Virus record (IMG/VR): IMGVR_UViG_2643221950_000001
Coordinates: 1-64,000 of that record
Length of the DNA: 64,000 bases
DNA from: an uncultured virus (IMG/VR IMGVR_UViG_2643221950_000001)
Taxonomy: Duplodnaviria > Heunggongvirae > Uroviricota > Caudoviricetes
Reading direction: 5' to 3' (one strand)
Both the position numbers and the translations under genes were made by a program. Numbering within the stretch: the stretch's first letter is position 1; every line of letters begins with the position of its first letter. The notes below the pieces were generated by a model that saw nothing but the letters and a program-made list of their open reading frames with translations, was not told where the DNA came from and ran no database searches. Positions 42,529 through 51,412 of the stretch are shown piece by piece.

Positions 42529-42766
42529 CCGTATCCTCCTCATAAATAAATCTGACCTTTTTGCCTTTATGCTCTCTTAGAAAGGTCTTTAGCATTTCAG
42601 CAAAATCCGATGGACCTTTTAAGTCTCTTTCCAAGATTGCATCTTCAGGACATTCAGAAAGCGGGCGAACGTCCATGACCTGTTTACCATCAATCAGAAG
42701 TTTTTCACGTTTGCAATCTTCCCAACCTATACCTGAAAGAACTTTCACCTCTACCACTTCACTCAT
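42521..42766 (-). CDS. Hypothetical protein
   Basis: Coupled ORF; ECPEDA.L.RDL motif. Confidence 0.7.
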   Translation of the reverse strand: MSEVVEVKVLSGIGWEDCKREKLLIDGKQVMDVRPLSECPEDAILERDLKGPSDFAEMLKTFLREHKGKKVRFIYEEDTDE

Positions 42767-44745
42767 GCGATCACCTCACAATCTACAGTCAGCAAGTTGT
42801 CATCAGTTTCAACTCGCAGCTGCTTGTCTGGTTTGGAAACTATCAAGCTGATAACTTGTGCATTGACTTCTATCAGATCAGTAACCGCCTCGCTGTTATC
42901 AACGAAGATCGGCGCAGAAATACCATAATGCTCATTTAACGTATTAATGATGTCTAAACCGACATTAATACGTGCCGCATTGTTTAGACCTTTAGAGTAA
43001 GGCACGCCTTCATAAAGCGTTTCACAGGTTTCTGTTAAACCGCCGTTGACTTGCTCTTCAAAGAGCTTGAAGCGGGCAAATTTGAATTTGCTGTTTATCT
43101 GTTCTTCCATAAGGTTCATTTTGGTGCGTATAAACTCCTCAATGAGATAAGTTTCTTGTTCTACTTCGTTATATTCATCAGCCATTTTACGTTCTTCTTC
43201 CTTTAGCTCCTCAATTCGGTTGAGGGCTTTTTGAGCTTGATCGATGCGAGAAAGATCATTGCGGATCAAGGTCATTTCCTGCTGTTTTCCCTTGATCTGT
43301 TCATTAATGGCTTGAACAGTTCCACTTGTCTCCTGCTCACCAGACTGGATCTCGTTATTGATCTTTTCAAGCTCCTCTACCTTGGCTAGATACTTTGGAT
43401 TATCGGAAAGCGGAGCAATGGACGCTTCAGCTTGCTCCATATCTTCTTTCAGTTTTTCAACGGCTGCTGTCGTAAATTTCTCTTCCAAGATCAAAAGCTG
43501 AATCTTCTCATCAACCTCGTATAACTCGTTCTGCTTATTGTCATATTCAATCCCTAATTGCTTTCCCTTATCGACTATGCGCTCTAGGGATTCACTTTTT
43601 TGTAAATTGAATTTCTCAATAGCAGCTTGAATTTTTTCTTTTGGCAATGCCTGTCCACATGTTGGACAATCTGTTTGATGATCCTCAAACGATTCTTCGT
43701 ACTTTTTAGACCATTCTTCTCGCAACTCAAAGCGCTCTTTATCTATTTGAGATAGAAAAGATGTTAAGTGCTCTTTCTTCGTGATCAAATTACTGAGATC
43801 ATTCTGGATTTGAGAAAGATCGTTTTTCGCTTTGTAGTAGGCTTCTTTTTTCTCATTCACTACCTGAAATCTTTTTGAGTCATACTCATTCATAATTTGT
43901 TGCAGATCGCCTTCGAGCTGAAGCATACGCTTCTTTCTATCTGCTCCTGCATCCACTCTGATAGAGCGGGCTTCTTTCTCCAGATGATCTATCGATGTTT
44001 GGAGTGCTTTTAAATCTTCTTTCAATTGCTCCTGGTCTATATCCGTTACATCTTCAATAGAACGATTGATTTCGTCAATCCTGACTGGAAATTGCTCTAG
44101 GAGTTTAGTGATCTTTTTACGTTTTTCAGCAAGTATGCTCTTTTGTTCATCGAGACTTCTTTCATCTAAGATTGAATAGAGATCGGATAAAGAACTGTTC
44201 TTTTTAATTACGTCCTCATCAGTCACAGCTCCGCCGATCTCCATGAGTACGCCCAAACGATCCTGCCACTTCATCTGTTCATTGAAATAAGAAGGAGAAG
44301 TTATCAGTTTAAAAATATCCTCAGAGATGATCTCATTGACCTTCTCAGCAAACTCTTTTTTCTTAACTGGTACACCATTCACATGATAATTGGTGGTATG
44401 GCCAGAAAAGACTTGCTTTGCTGATCCCCGTTTCTTGGTCCATTTCTCTGAATAGACCTTTTTCAATTCGACAGACTTTCCGTCGATTAAGAGTACAGCC
44501 GATACCTCATGATCAACGCCGCTTACCGCTTTGTTATCTTTTGAGAGCGTCTTGATCTCAAAGTCTTTTTTGTTTTGACTATCTTTATCAAAGAGCAGCC
44601 ACATGAAAGCATCAAATAACGTTGTTTTGCCTGTAGCGTTATCACCATAGACCTTTGCACTTTCTCCACCTGTTTCAAGGGTGAATGATTTTACACCCTT
44701 GAAATTCGATAGATGGAGTTCTGCCAACCTGATATTTTTGGTCAT
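42763..44745 (-). CDS. SbcC/Rad50-like AAA ATPase with coiled coil and zinc hook
   Basis: NFKG, GDNATGKTT, CPTCGQ, PIFVDN.E. Confidence 0.88.
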   Translation of the reverse strand: MTKNIRLAELHLSNFKGVKSFTLETGGESAKVYGDNATGKTTLFDAFMWLLFDKDSQNKKDFEIKTLSKDNKAVSGVDHEVSAVLLIDGKSVELKKVYSEKWTKKRGSAKQVFSGHTTNYHVNGVPVKKKEFAEKVNEIISEDIFKLITSPSYFNEQMKWQDRLGVLMEIGGAVTDEDVIKKNSSLSDLYSILDERSLDEQKSILAEKRKKITKLLEQFPVRIDEINRSIEDVTDIDQEQLKEDLKALQTSIDHLEKEARSIRVDAGADRKKRMLQLEGDLQQIMNEYDSKRFQVVNEKKEAYYKAKNDLSQIQNDLSNLITKKEHLTSFLSQIDKERFELREEWSKKYEESFEDHQTDCPTCGQALPKEKIQAAIEKFNLQKSESLERIVDKGKQLGIEYDNKQNELYEVDEKIQLLILEEKFTTAAVEKLKEDMEQAEASIAPLSDNPKYLAKVEELEKINNEIQSGEQETSGTVQAINEQIKGKQQEMTLIRNDLSRIDQAQKALNRIEELKEEERKMADEYNEVEQETYLIEEFIRTKMNLMEEQINSKFKFARFKLFEEQVNGGLTETCETLYEGVPYSKGLNNAARINVGLDIINTLNEHYGISAPIFVDNSEAVTDLIEVNAQVISLIVSKPDKQLRVETDDNLLTVDCEVIA

Positions 44746-44791
44746 GAACAAGCCTCCATTGATTTACAGTGCCAACCTGCTATAATAGGGG

Positions 44792-44848
44792 TTGACACTT
44801 TTATTTTCTTTTTTTGTAATTGGTTCACTTGTGGGAGTGAACCTTTTT
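44792..44848 (+). ncRNA. Putative short antisense RNA upstream of the ATPase gene
   Basis: TTGATT-16-TATAAT with TG extension (44759-44786); GGTTCAC/GTGAACC plus T-run terminator. Confidence 0.5.
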
Positions 44849-45065
44849 AATTTGCATTCACAAATTTGAAGTCAAGTTTCTCCTTCAAATAGCGGTTCAA
44901 ATTGTCTAAGAGGATCATTTCTCCAACATTCTCATCAATGACGTATTCATCATTTGAGAAAATCTCATCCCCGAAGTAGTCAGTTCCAACAACATCAACC
45001 ACTTCAACGCCCTTTGGGTATCCAGTGGCATTTATTTGAGTGATCATTGGATGTTCAATGTTCAC
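44847..45065 (-). CDS. yqaI: YqaI-family protein
   Basis: IEHPMI.QI..TGYP...D.FGDEI. Confidence 0.75.
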   Translation of the reverse strand: MNIEHPMITQINATGYPKGVEVVDVVGTDYFGDEIFSNDEYVIDENVGEMILLDNLNRYLKEKLDFKFVNAN

Positions 45066-45259
45066 GTTAAAACACCAACCTTTCTTCGGATCGCATCGGC
45101 TTTGAGCTTTTTGAATTTCTCAAAAGCCTCTTGATTAGGGAAATAGAAGTGCGGATTTCCATTGTTGTCCATGAGAATGGAGCCATTTACTTTAGATAGT
45201 CTTACTTGGTCGCCAGTGTGATCACTGAATGGTTGTATAACCGCTTTTTCAAAAAACAT
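45062..45259 (-). CDS. Hypothetical protein
   Basis: AGGAGG RBS. Confidence 0.7.
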   Translation of the reverse strand: MFFEKAVIQPFSDHTGDQVRLSKVNGSILMDNNGNPHFYFPNQEAFEKFKKLKADAIRRKVGVLT

Positions 45260-45417
45260 AATCTTCTTCCTCCTATGATTTATTGATGCTTATTCGCATC
45301 GTCCGACTGCGGATGGTGCATGATTTGAGGGGATGGGGTGTGTGCGCATTGTCCATCCGCAAGCCGGACGACAAGAATAAAACTTGTCGTGCTCTTTAAA
45401 GAGCGATATAATAAATT

Positions 45418-45474
45418 CGATCATTTCGATATTCGATTTAAGCAGTGAGTGTAGGAGCTTGCTGCTTTTTTCTT
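45418..45474 (+). ncRNA. Putative short antisense RNA
   Basis: TTGTCG-17-TATAAT (45384-45412); AAGCAGTGAG/CTTGCTGCTT plus T-run terminator. Confidence 0.55.
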
Positions 45475-45614
45475 TGTCCTAAACCTAGTTGAGACTTTAA
45501 ACGGGTTTCAGTTTGAAAATGAGAAATCTTCACAGCCTCGTCATCACGTAACTTACACATTTCCTTTACTTCCTTAGCCTTCATCAACTTGCTTGCAGTG
45601 AACATGTATTTCAT
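45438..45614 (-). CDS. Hypothetical protein, 58 aa (not in the ORF track)
   Basis: MKYMFTASKLMKAKEV...; ATG adjoins the upstream stop. Confidence 0.6.
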   Translation of the reverse strand: MKYMFTASKLMKAKEVKEMCKLRDDEAVKISHFQTETRLKSQLGLGQRKKQQAPTLTA

Positions 45615-45896
45615 TTAAATCAACCCTTTCATTTTGTTTTTTAGTGATTTTGGATATGTTACTGGCGTAATCTTTGCAACTGACATCAACAATTGCACCT
45701 TTGCTTGTTTTTCATAGCGCTTGATTTCTTTTAAAGATTTAGATATATCTTGATGAGTCGTTAACGCCGTCTCGGTATCACCTTTCTTTAAAGCTTTCAT
45801 CAATCGTTTTTGCAGTTCTTCGATGCAAATCATTTCTCTTGTTATTGCATCGTTATTGATATTTTTGAAAATCGTATTTCGTTTCTTCATCTTCAT
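45615..45896 (-). CDS. Hypothetical protein
   Basis: Coupled to the HTH gene; GGAGG RBS. Confidence 0.65.
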   Translation of the reverse strand: MKMKKRNTIFKNINNDAITREMICIEELQKRLMKALKKGDTETALTTHQDISKSLKEIKRYEKQAKVQLLMSVAKITPVTYPKSLKNKMKGLI

Positions 45897-46150
45897 CCTC
45901 CAAACAAAGCCATAATGGCGGTAATTTGCTGTGTGACTGCCAGTGGATCAATGCCGCATAATGTAGCAATCATTGCTTCTTTAGCGTTTGTGGCTTCCAT
46001 CCACCGTACATATGTAGGTACATCAAGTACCTTCTGATCATTTTCGATCTTTGATATGCAGCTGCGAGAGCGGCTAAGCATTTCCGCTAACTTCTCTTGG
46101 GAAATGCCTGCCTGCACTCGGGCTTTACGAAGCACCACACCCAACTTCAC
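45893..46150 (-). CDS. XRE-family HTH regulator
   Basis: LRKAR..AGISQEKLA...SRSCISKIEN; GTG after GGGGAGG. Confidence 0.85.
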   Translation of the reverse strand: MKLGVVLRKARVQAGISQEKLAEMLSRSRSCISKIENDQKVLDVPTYVRWMEATNAKEAMIATLCGIDPLAVTQQITAIMALFGG

Positions 46151-46171
46151 AACCTCCCCACCCCCTTTCAA

Positions 46172-46205
46172 TGTTCCTATCTGGAACATGTTCCGAATTG
46201 GAACA
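46172..46205. promoter_or_regulatory. Two tandem palindromic operators TGTTCC-N5-GGAACA
   Basis: TGTTCCtatctGGAACA followed directly by TGTTCCgaattGGAACA. Confidence 0.7.
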
Positions 46206-46246
46206 GCAAACCTCATATATCCGCTGTATTCTAAGGTGGTAAATTC

Positions 46247-46444
46247 TTAATCAATCACTGGCTGAAAGTTGGATTCCATTTGTGACATTTGCCATTCTTC
46301 AAGAATTTCTCGTTTAAAGAAAATTCTTTTTCTTACTCGGAAGAACGGTATTTGTCTTTCACGAACCATTGTGTAAACAGTGTCGTGATGGACTCCAAGA
46401 AAATCAGCCGTTTCTTGAACGTTCATAGTTGATTTTTCCGGCAT
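46247..46444 (-). CDS. Excisionase-like HTH protein
   Basis: MNVQETADFLGVH..TVY......IP..RV..RI.F. Confidence 0.85.
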   Translation of the reverse strand: MPEKSTMNVQETADFLGVHHDTVYTMVRERQIPFFRVRKRIFFKREILEEWQMSQMESNFQPVID

Positions 46445-46498
46445 TTTGAGAACCTCCTTCAGAATTTGTAAACCATAAGAACCGCAAAAATCAATTTA

Positions 46499-46738
46499 TT
46501 AACCGGTATTCTCTTTTTCATTTTGTAACTCTTGTGTACCACTTAACTCAAAAAAAATATCCCTTGGATCTTTATTTAAAACACTTGCAATTCTCAGCAT
46601 AGTGAAACCAGATGGCTCTTGTCCATGAAGTTCAATCTTCGTAATGTTTGCGCGAGACATTTCAGTTCTTCTTGCCAATTCAGATATTGACATTCCAACA
46701 CCTTTTCTGATCTCACGTAATCTGTTAGTGAAAACCAT
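46499..46738 (-). CDS. Cro-like XRE regulator
   Basis: NRLREIR...MSISELARR; divergent from the repressor. Confidence 0.87.
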   Translation of the reverse strand: MVFTNRLREIRKGVGMSISELARRTEMSRANITKIELHGQEPSGFTMLRIASVLNKDPRDIFFELSGTQELQNEKENTG

Positions 46739-46849
46739 GTGTTACACCTCCTTGAACAAATAGTAACACAAGGTTTACAGTAGTGTCAATCATGTTTTAC
46801 ACATTTTTTGTTTTAAAGAATTTAAATATAATGTAAACTACGTATTACA
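46729..46849. promoter_or_regulatory. Lysis/lysogeny switch: four TGTAA-N8-TTACA-type operators and the leftward promoter
   Basis: Sites at 46729, 46762, 46784 and 46832; minus-strand TTGACA-18-TACTAT (46789-46760). Confidence 0.75.
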
Positions 46850-46859
46850 GGTGATGCTA

Positions 46860-47279
46860 ATGTCCAAACTTGGAGAATATTTGATAAAAGCAAGAGGAAA
46901 ACTGTCTCAAAGAGAAGCTGCCAAACGAATTGGCATAAGTCATACCTACCTTGGGAAAATTGAAAACGGGAAAGACCCAAGAACAGGTAAAGAAATCAAA
47001 CCAACTCCAGAAACACTAAAATTAATTTCTAAAGCATATCAATGTGATTATGAAGAATTAATGATCAAAGCTGGTTACATCGATGAGAGTGAGACAAGTA
47101 ATTCTGAAAGTCCCAAACTGACTCAGTATCAAAGAAAGATTTATGAATGGGCAAAATCCCATGATGGATTGTTCTTTGATAGTAAACCGGAAGATGTGGA
47201 AGAATTAATTGAAGAATTTGAAGTGGTATACGAGTTGTTTAAAAAGAGAAAAGAAAGAGAAAAAAAACAGAACAAATGA
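46860..47279 (+). CDS. Prophage repressor (XRE, ImmR-like, no autoproteolytic domain)
   Basis: LSQREAA.RIGISHTYLGKIENG; short C-terminus. Confidence 0.87.
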   Translation: MSKLGEYLIKARGKLSQREAAKRIGISHTYLGKIENGKDPRTGKEIKPTPETLKLISKAYQCDYEELMIKAGYIDESETSNSESPKLTQYQRKIYEWAKSHDGLFFDSKPEDVEELIEEFEVVYELFKKRKEREKKQNK

Positions 47280-47297
47280 TTCCTTTAGGGGGCAATT

Positions 47298-47948
47298 ATG
47301 AGGAAGAAATTAATGTTTGTAATTTGCCTATCATTGCTCGTTCTCTTAGCTGGATGTAACTCAACTAAGACGACAGATGAACCTTCTGCAAACTCACAAG
47401 AAAAAGTTTCAGAGAAAAGGCAAAAAGAAGCTAATGAAAAACAGACAAATGACAGTTACAAAGATGATGAAACAGGAGAATTATTTAATTACTTAAAAAG
47501 CCAAGAAAAAATTAAATCACAGAAAATGGGCCCGCTCAATATAAATTTTGAACATGTCAACTTAATGAAGTTGTCAAATATTCCTGATGATCGACTAAAT
47601 GAATATCAAAGTTTAACTGATTTAGAACTAACAAACCCTTTTCATTTTATTGATATTAAATTTTCTGTAGAGAATACAGATAAAGAAACTATCAATTTTT
47701 CTGGTATTAGTCATATAATTTTAGACACTAAAGAACAGATTAAGGTCAGTAATAATAACCTTTATACTGACATTGAACAATATGATATGAAACTTTTTGG
47801 TAACGCGAAAAGAGAATATCAAATTGCTGTACCTATTGATTCTGATGTTTCTAAAATACAAAGCGTTAGAATTGTGATGAGTGCTCCATTTGACGAAAAT
47901 TTGGATAGCGTTTCCGAACCAAAAGAATTAACAGTTAATTTAAAATAA
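47298..47948 (+). CDS. Lipoprotein in the lysogeny operon
   Basis: Lipobox LAGC; low-complexity linker; F.VENTD..TINF domain. Confidence 0.82.
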   Translation: MRKKLMFVICLSLLVLLAGCNSTKTTDEPSANSQEKVSEKRQKEANEKQTNDSYKDDETGELFNYLKSQEKIKSQKMGPLNINFEHVNLMKLSNIPDDRLNEYQSLTDLELTNPFHFIDIKFSVENTDKETINFSGISHIILDTKEQIKVSNNNLYTDIEQYDMKLFGNAKREYQIAVPIDSDVSKIQSVRIVMSAPFDENLDSVSEPKELTVNLK

Positions 47949-47983
47949 ATGCTCGATAAGAGTATTTATTTTTACCCAAAAAT

Positions 47984-47997
47984 AGAACACCAGTTCC
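47984..47997. promoter_or_regulatory. Putative LexA (DinR/Cheo) box
   Basis: AGAAC-acca-GTTCC matches GAAC-N4-GTTC, upstream of the immA-like gene. Confidence 0.6.
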
Positions 47998-48025
47998 CAA
48001 AACTGACTTGAAGGAGCTTATTAAA

Positions 48026-48520
48026 TTGAAATATATCTATACTCATTTAGAAGATAACGTTAATAGACTATATGCAGAAATGAAAATCTTAAATCCTTCT
48101 GAACAATCTATTGATACTATTTCTGAAAAATTAGGGATTGAAGTTTGTTATAAAGACATTTCATCAAGAGCCATAATTAATCAAGATACCCAATTTATTA
48201 TCTTAGATAAGAGGTTGAATAAAAGCATTAGATGGGAAAAGTTTTGTCATGAAGTTGGCCACATTCTTTTTCATAAGGGAAATCAACTGATGATGCCCGA
48301 TTCATTTAGGTTATATCAAGAATGGAAGTCGAATAATTTTATGTACCATTTTGCAGTACCAACTTTTATGTTGAGATCAGTAAATATACCTGTGGACCCT
48401 GACCAAGCAATTCAATTTTTAACTAAAACTTTTAAAGTCACTCCATCATTTGCGAAGCATCGATTAAACCTTTACAATCAAAAAGTTTTTTCTCAGACAA
48501 GGAGCGTTTTATATGGCTAG
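48026..48520 (+). CDS. ImmA/IrrE-family metallopeptidase (antirepressor)
   Basis: HEVGH zinc motif and QE..SN.F; TTG after AAGGAG. Confidence 0.88.
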   Translation: MKYIYTHLEDNVNRLYAEMKILNPSEQSIDTISEKLGIEVCYKDISSRAIINQDTQFIILDKRLNKSIRWEKFCHEVGHILFHKGNQLMMPDSFRLYQEWKSNNFMYHFAVPTFMLRSVNIPVDPDQAIQFLTKTFKVTPSFAKHRLNLYNQKVFSQTRSVLYG

Positions 48521-49796
48521 CATTGAAAAAAGAGGCAGCAATTCTTTTAGATTAGTTGTTGAAACTGGATATGATGCTAATGGCAAAAGGTTAAGAAAAT
48601 ATAAAACTATTCGTATAGAGGATCATAAACTGTTAAAAACAAAAAGAAAATTGCAGGAATACCTTTCAGATCAACTCTATCAATTCAAGATGGAAGTCAA
48701 TTCTGGAGAATATATCGAACCAGAAAAACTAACCTTTGAATCCTTCATCTATAAGTGGAAAGAAAAAAAGCTCTACCAAAAGAGTGGAAAACCTTATTCT
48801 TTGACAACATCGGATGTTTATTGGAGTCTCTTAAAAAATCACATTCTCCCCGTTTTTGGACATATGAGGATAGAACGAATAAAGAGTTTACATATCGTAG
48901 ACTTTTTAGATGATTTATCAAAGGATGGTGCAAGAAAAGATGGTAAGCCAGGAGGATTAGGAGAAAGATCAATATTAGATATTTTTAAATTACTACAGGT
49001 GGTTTTTAAAACCGCAGCTGAAGAATGGAAGATTATCAAGATTGATCCAATGCAGGGATTGCCCTTGCCGATCAACGAGAAGAAGGAAATGAACTATTTT
49101 GAAGCTGATGAAGCTGCTCAATGTATTAAGGTTCTATATGAAGAAGTTGATATCAAATGGAGACTTTATTTCTTAGCAGCGATGATAGGAGGATTGAGAC
49201 GCGGTGAAGGACTTGCACTCGAATGGCATTTAGATGTAGATTGGGATGCTGGTGGATTTAAAATTAATCGTTCACTTTCAAAGACAGTTGATGGCAAACC
49301 ACATGTGAAAGAACCTAAGTCCAAAAGTTCAAAACGATTTGTGCAGATGCCAGATTGGTATATGAATGAATTGTCTCTGTTTTATCATATGTGGAAAAGA
49401 GAAAAGGAAAAGCTAGAGGATGCCTGGGAGGGTGGGGATCACCAATACATTTTTCATAGTGGGTTTGGAAAGCCTTATTATTACACAACACCAACTACCC
49501 AATGGAAACGAATCACACAAAAATATAAAATAAAAAATATCCGTTTACATGATTTGCGTCACACTATGGTTGCTTTATTGATGGAAGCTGGTGAAAGCAT
49601 AAGTGCTATTCAAAGACGTGCTGGACATGCTAGCGCCAGAACAACAACTGATATATATGGCCATGTAACAGATGAAATGAAAAAGAGTGCAGCGAGTCAC
49701 TTTAACAAGTTTGATCCTAAACATCTGAGAAACACAAATTCAGAGATAGGAAATTTCCGTCCCCAAGTCGTCCCCAAGGTTAAAAATAATGCATAA
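48513..49796 (+). CDS. Tyrosine recombinase (prophage integrase)
   Basis: GLRRGE, HDLRH, GHA, IYGH catalytic motifs; N-terminal arm-binding domain. Confidence 0.95.
   Translation: MASIEKRGSNSFRLVVETGYDANGKRLRKYKTIRIEDHKLLKTKRKLQEYLSDQLYQFKMEVNSGEYIEPEKLTFESFIYKWKEKKLYQKSGKPYSLTTSDVYWSLLKNHILPVFGHMRIERIKSLHIVDFLDDLSKDGARKDGKPGGLGERSILDIFKLLQVVFKTAAEEWKIIKIDPMQGLPLPINEKKEMNYFEADEAAQCIKVLYEEVDIKWRLYFLAAMIGGLRRGEGLALEWHLDVDWDAGGFKINRSLSKTVDGKPHVKEPKSKSSKRFVQMPDWYMNELSLFYHMWKREKEKLEDAWEGGDHQYIFHSGFGKPYYYTTPTTQWKRITQKYKIKNIRLHDLRHTMVALLMEAGESISAIQRRAGHASARTTTDIYGHVTDEMKKSAASHFNKFDPKHLRNTNSEIGNFRPQVVPKVKNNA
49758..49778 (+). repeat. Direct repeat, probable integrase arm-type sites
   Basis: CGTCCCCAAG-t-CGTCCCCAAG in the 3' end of int. 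Confidence 0.6.
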
Positions 49797-49845
49797 TACA
49801 AATTTGAGAGTTTTCTCATCAAAAATAAAAAAATAGCCTTCCCCC

Positions 49846-49874
49846 TTGTATTCTAAGGGGGAATTAAATATAAT
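49846..49874 (+). promoter_or_regulatory. Sigma-A promoter of the tRNA gene
   Basis: TTGTAT-17-TATAAT. Confidence 0.75.
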
Positions 49875-49894
49875 AATATTTGTTGAAACATCCC

Positions 49895-49967
49895 GGGGCA
49901 TTAGCTCAGCTGGGAGAGCGCTACGCTGGCAGCGTAGAGGTCAGCGGTTCGATCCCGCTATGCTCCA
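49895..49967 (+). tRNA. tRNA-Ala (GGC), CCA not encoded
   Basis: Cloverleaf: GGGGCAT/ATGCTCC acceptor stem with G3:U70; anticodon loop CTGGCAG; TTCGATC T-loop. Confidence 0.97.
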
Positions 49968-49972
49968 TTATC

Positions 49973-50003
49973 AAAAGCCTATCCAATGATGGATAGGCTT
50001 TTT
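49973..50003. terminator. Bidirectional terminator
   Basis: AAAAGCCTATCCA-atga-TGGATAGGCTTTT. Confidence 0.88.
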
Positions 50004-50016
50004 CATTTGATTTTAC

Positions 50017-50472
50017 TCATAAAAGCTTATTTGTCTGGTTCTTGAATTGATAACCAAAGACTCCTTTTATCTCAACATCCCCACAGCCTTCTTTTTTAGT
50101 CAGTTTAATACCATGGGGTCTATAAATGTAGCGCCCACTTGATAAAATTCGGTCTGTTGCACTTAGATCATATTGGTTACCTGTATACTCTTTGACTGAT
50201 GACGGAAAATCCGTTCCTGATAAGGATGTTCTGTAGAGTGTTACCTCTAAAGTACAACCCTCTGCATTTAGTATAGAAAATTGGTAGCCATAAGTAGATG
50301 GATATTGTTCAGGATTATTTTGACCTCCTGGTACCCACAAATCTTTTTCCTGTTCCGTCATGATGAAATCAACTTCTACTTCTCGATAAATGGTCTTAGC
50401 TGCAACCTTATCCATATTAAAATGGAACATGACAATGAAACAAAGAGACATCATTACACATATCCGCTTCAT
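50017..50472 (-). CDS. Putative secreted protein
   Basis: GGAGGGG RBS; signal-peptide-like MKRICVMM...VAA. Confidence 0.72.
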   Translation of the reverse strand: MKRICVMMSLCFIVMFHFNMDKVAAKTIYREVEVDFIMTEQEKDLWVPGGQNNPEQYPSTYGYQFSILNAEGCTLEVTLYRTSLSGTDFPSSVKEYTGNQYDLSATDRILSSGRYIYRPHGIKLTKKEGCGDVEIKGVFGYQFKNQTNKLL

Positions 50473-50574
50473 ACAACCCCTCCATTCATTTTTACCATTA
50501 TACAACAAATAACGCCAAAAATGGTTTTATTTTACTTTTTTATAATAGATAAGGGTTGATTCATTCCATATGTG

Positions 50575-51393
50575 TTAACTTTCTATGACCTTTCTTAATG
50601 TTTCTTTGGTCTTTGGACCATATATGCCATCTGGGGTTAACCCATGCATCATTTGAAATCGAGACACTGCATTCGCAGTCTTGGGTCCGTAGTACCCATC
50701 GATTCCATTATTGATCGCTCCCTTATCAGGATAAAAATAAATCGATGCTAAGGCTTGTTGTACGGCTTTTACAGCTGACCCTTTTGTAAGAGGCTTCGTC
50801 ACTTTTAAAATACCTGCAGGCAAACTGTATGTTTTTTTGACCTTGTTGGTTTTAGATGTTGATCTCGTTGATATGGTTTTGATAGATGTTTCTTTCACAG
50901 GTTTAGCTGTTGTCATTTGACTTGATGCTGATGCAATACCAGCTTTGAAGCCATCCCACCGATTTAACAGCTTACGCGGACACTCTTTCCCGCTCCAATG
51001 CTTATGCGGCACCACGTTTGATAAAGGAATTCCTAAATCCCCCATCAGTTTTCGAATGAGCCATTGGGCGTTTTTAACGGCTTGTTCAAAGTTACCGCCT
51101 GCATTTTCACAAATTTCAATTCCAATTGATTTCATATTGCCGGTTCCCCTGCCATCTCCTGCGTGCCAGCCATTTTCGTTTAAAGGTAAATGCTGATAAA
51201 TGACCTGATCATCGACCGTGTAGTGCCAGCTAACCCCGGTACTTGCCCGAGCAACAAATGCTGCATGATTTGCCGCATCAGCCCCCCGTCCAGTGTTCGA
51301 TGTATTATGCACCGTAATATAGAGCGGCTTCATCCTGTTTCCTGGTCTGTTGCGATTTTGTTTTGGGATGAGTGCTTGAATGATCTTCACCAT
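50575..51393 (-). CDS. xlyA: Endolysin amidase
   Basis: Same motifs as 404..1210. Confidence 0.92.
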   Translation of the reverse strand: MVKIIQALIPKQNRNRPGNRMKPLYITVHNTSNTGRGADAANHAAFVARASTGVSWHYTVDDQVIYQHLPLNENGWHAGDGRGTGNMKSIGIEICENAGGNFEQAVKNAQWLIRKLMGDLGIPLSNVVPHKHWSGKECPRKLLNRWDGFKAGIASASSQMTTAKPVKETSIKTISTRSTSKTNKVKKTYSLPAGILKVTKPLTKGSAVKAVQQALASIYFYPDKGAINNGIDGYYGPKTANAVSRFQMMHGLTPDGIYGPKTKETLRKVIES

Positions 51394-51412
51394 ATTGTTT
51401 CTCCTTCAAAAA

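Noticed and set aside
46183..46194. Possible SOS box GAAC-AT-GTTC
   Set aside because: Spacer is 2 bp, not 4; it is the junction of two operators
46225..46236. 12-bp match TGTATTCTAAGG to the att-proximal palindrome
   Set aside because: Matches of this length are expected by chance in 64 kb
46851..49796. Arbitrium or Rap-Phr communication system
   Set aside because: No TPR receptor or short secreted pro-peptide gene in the lysogeny region
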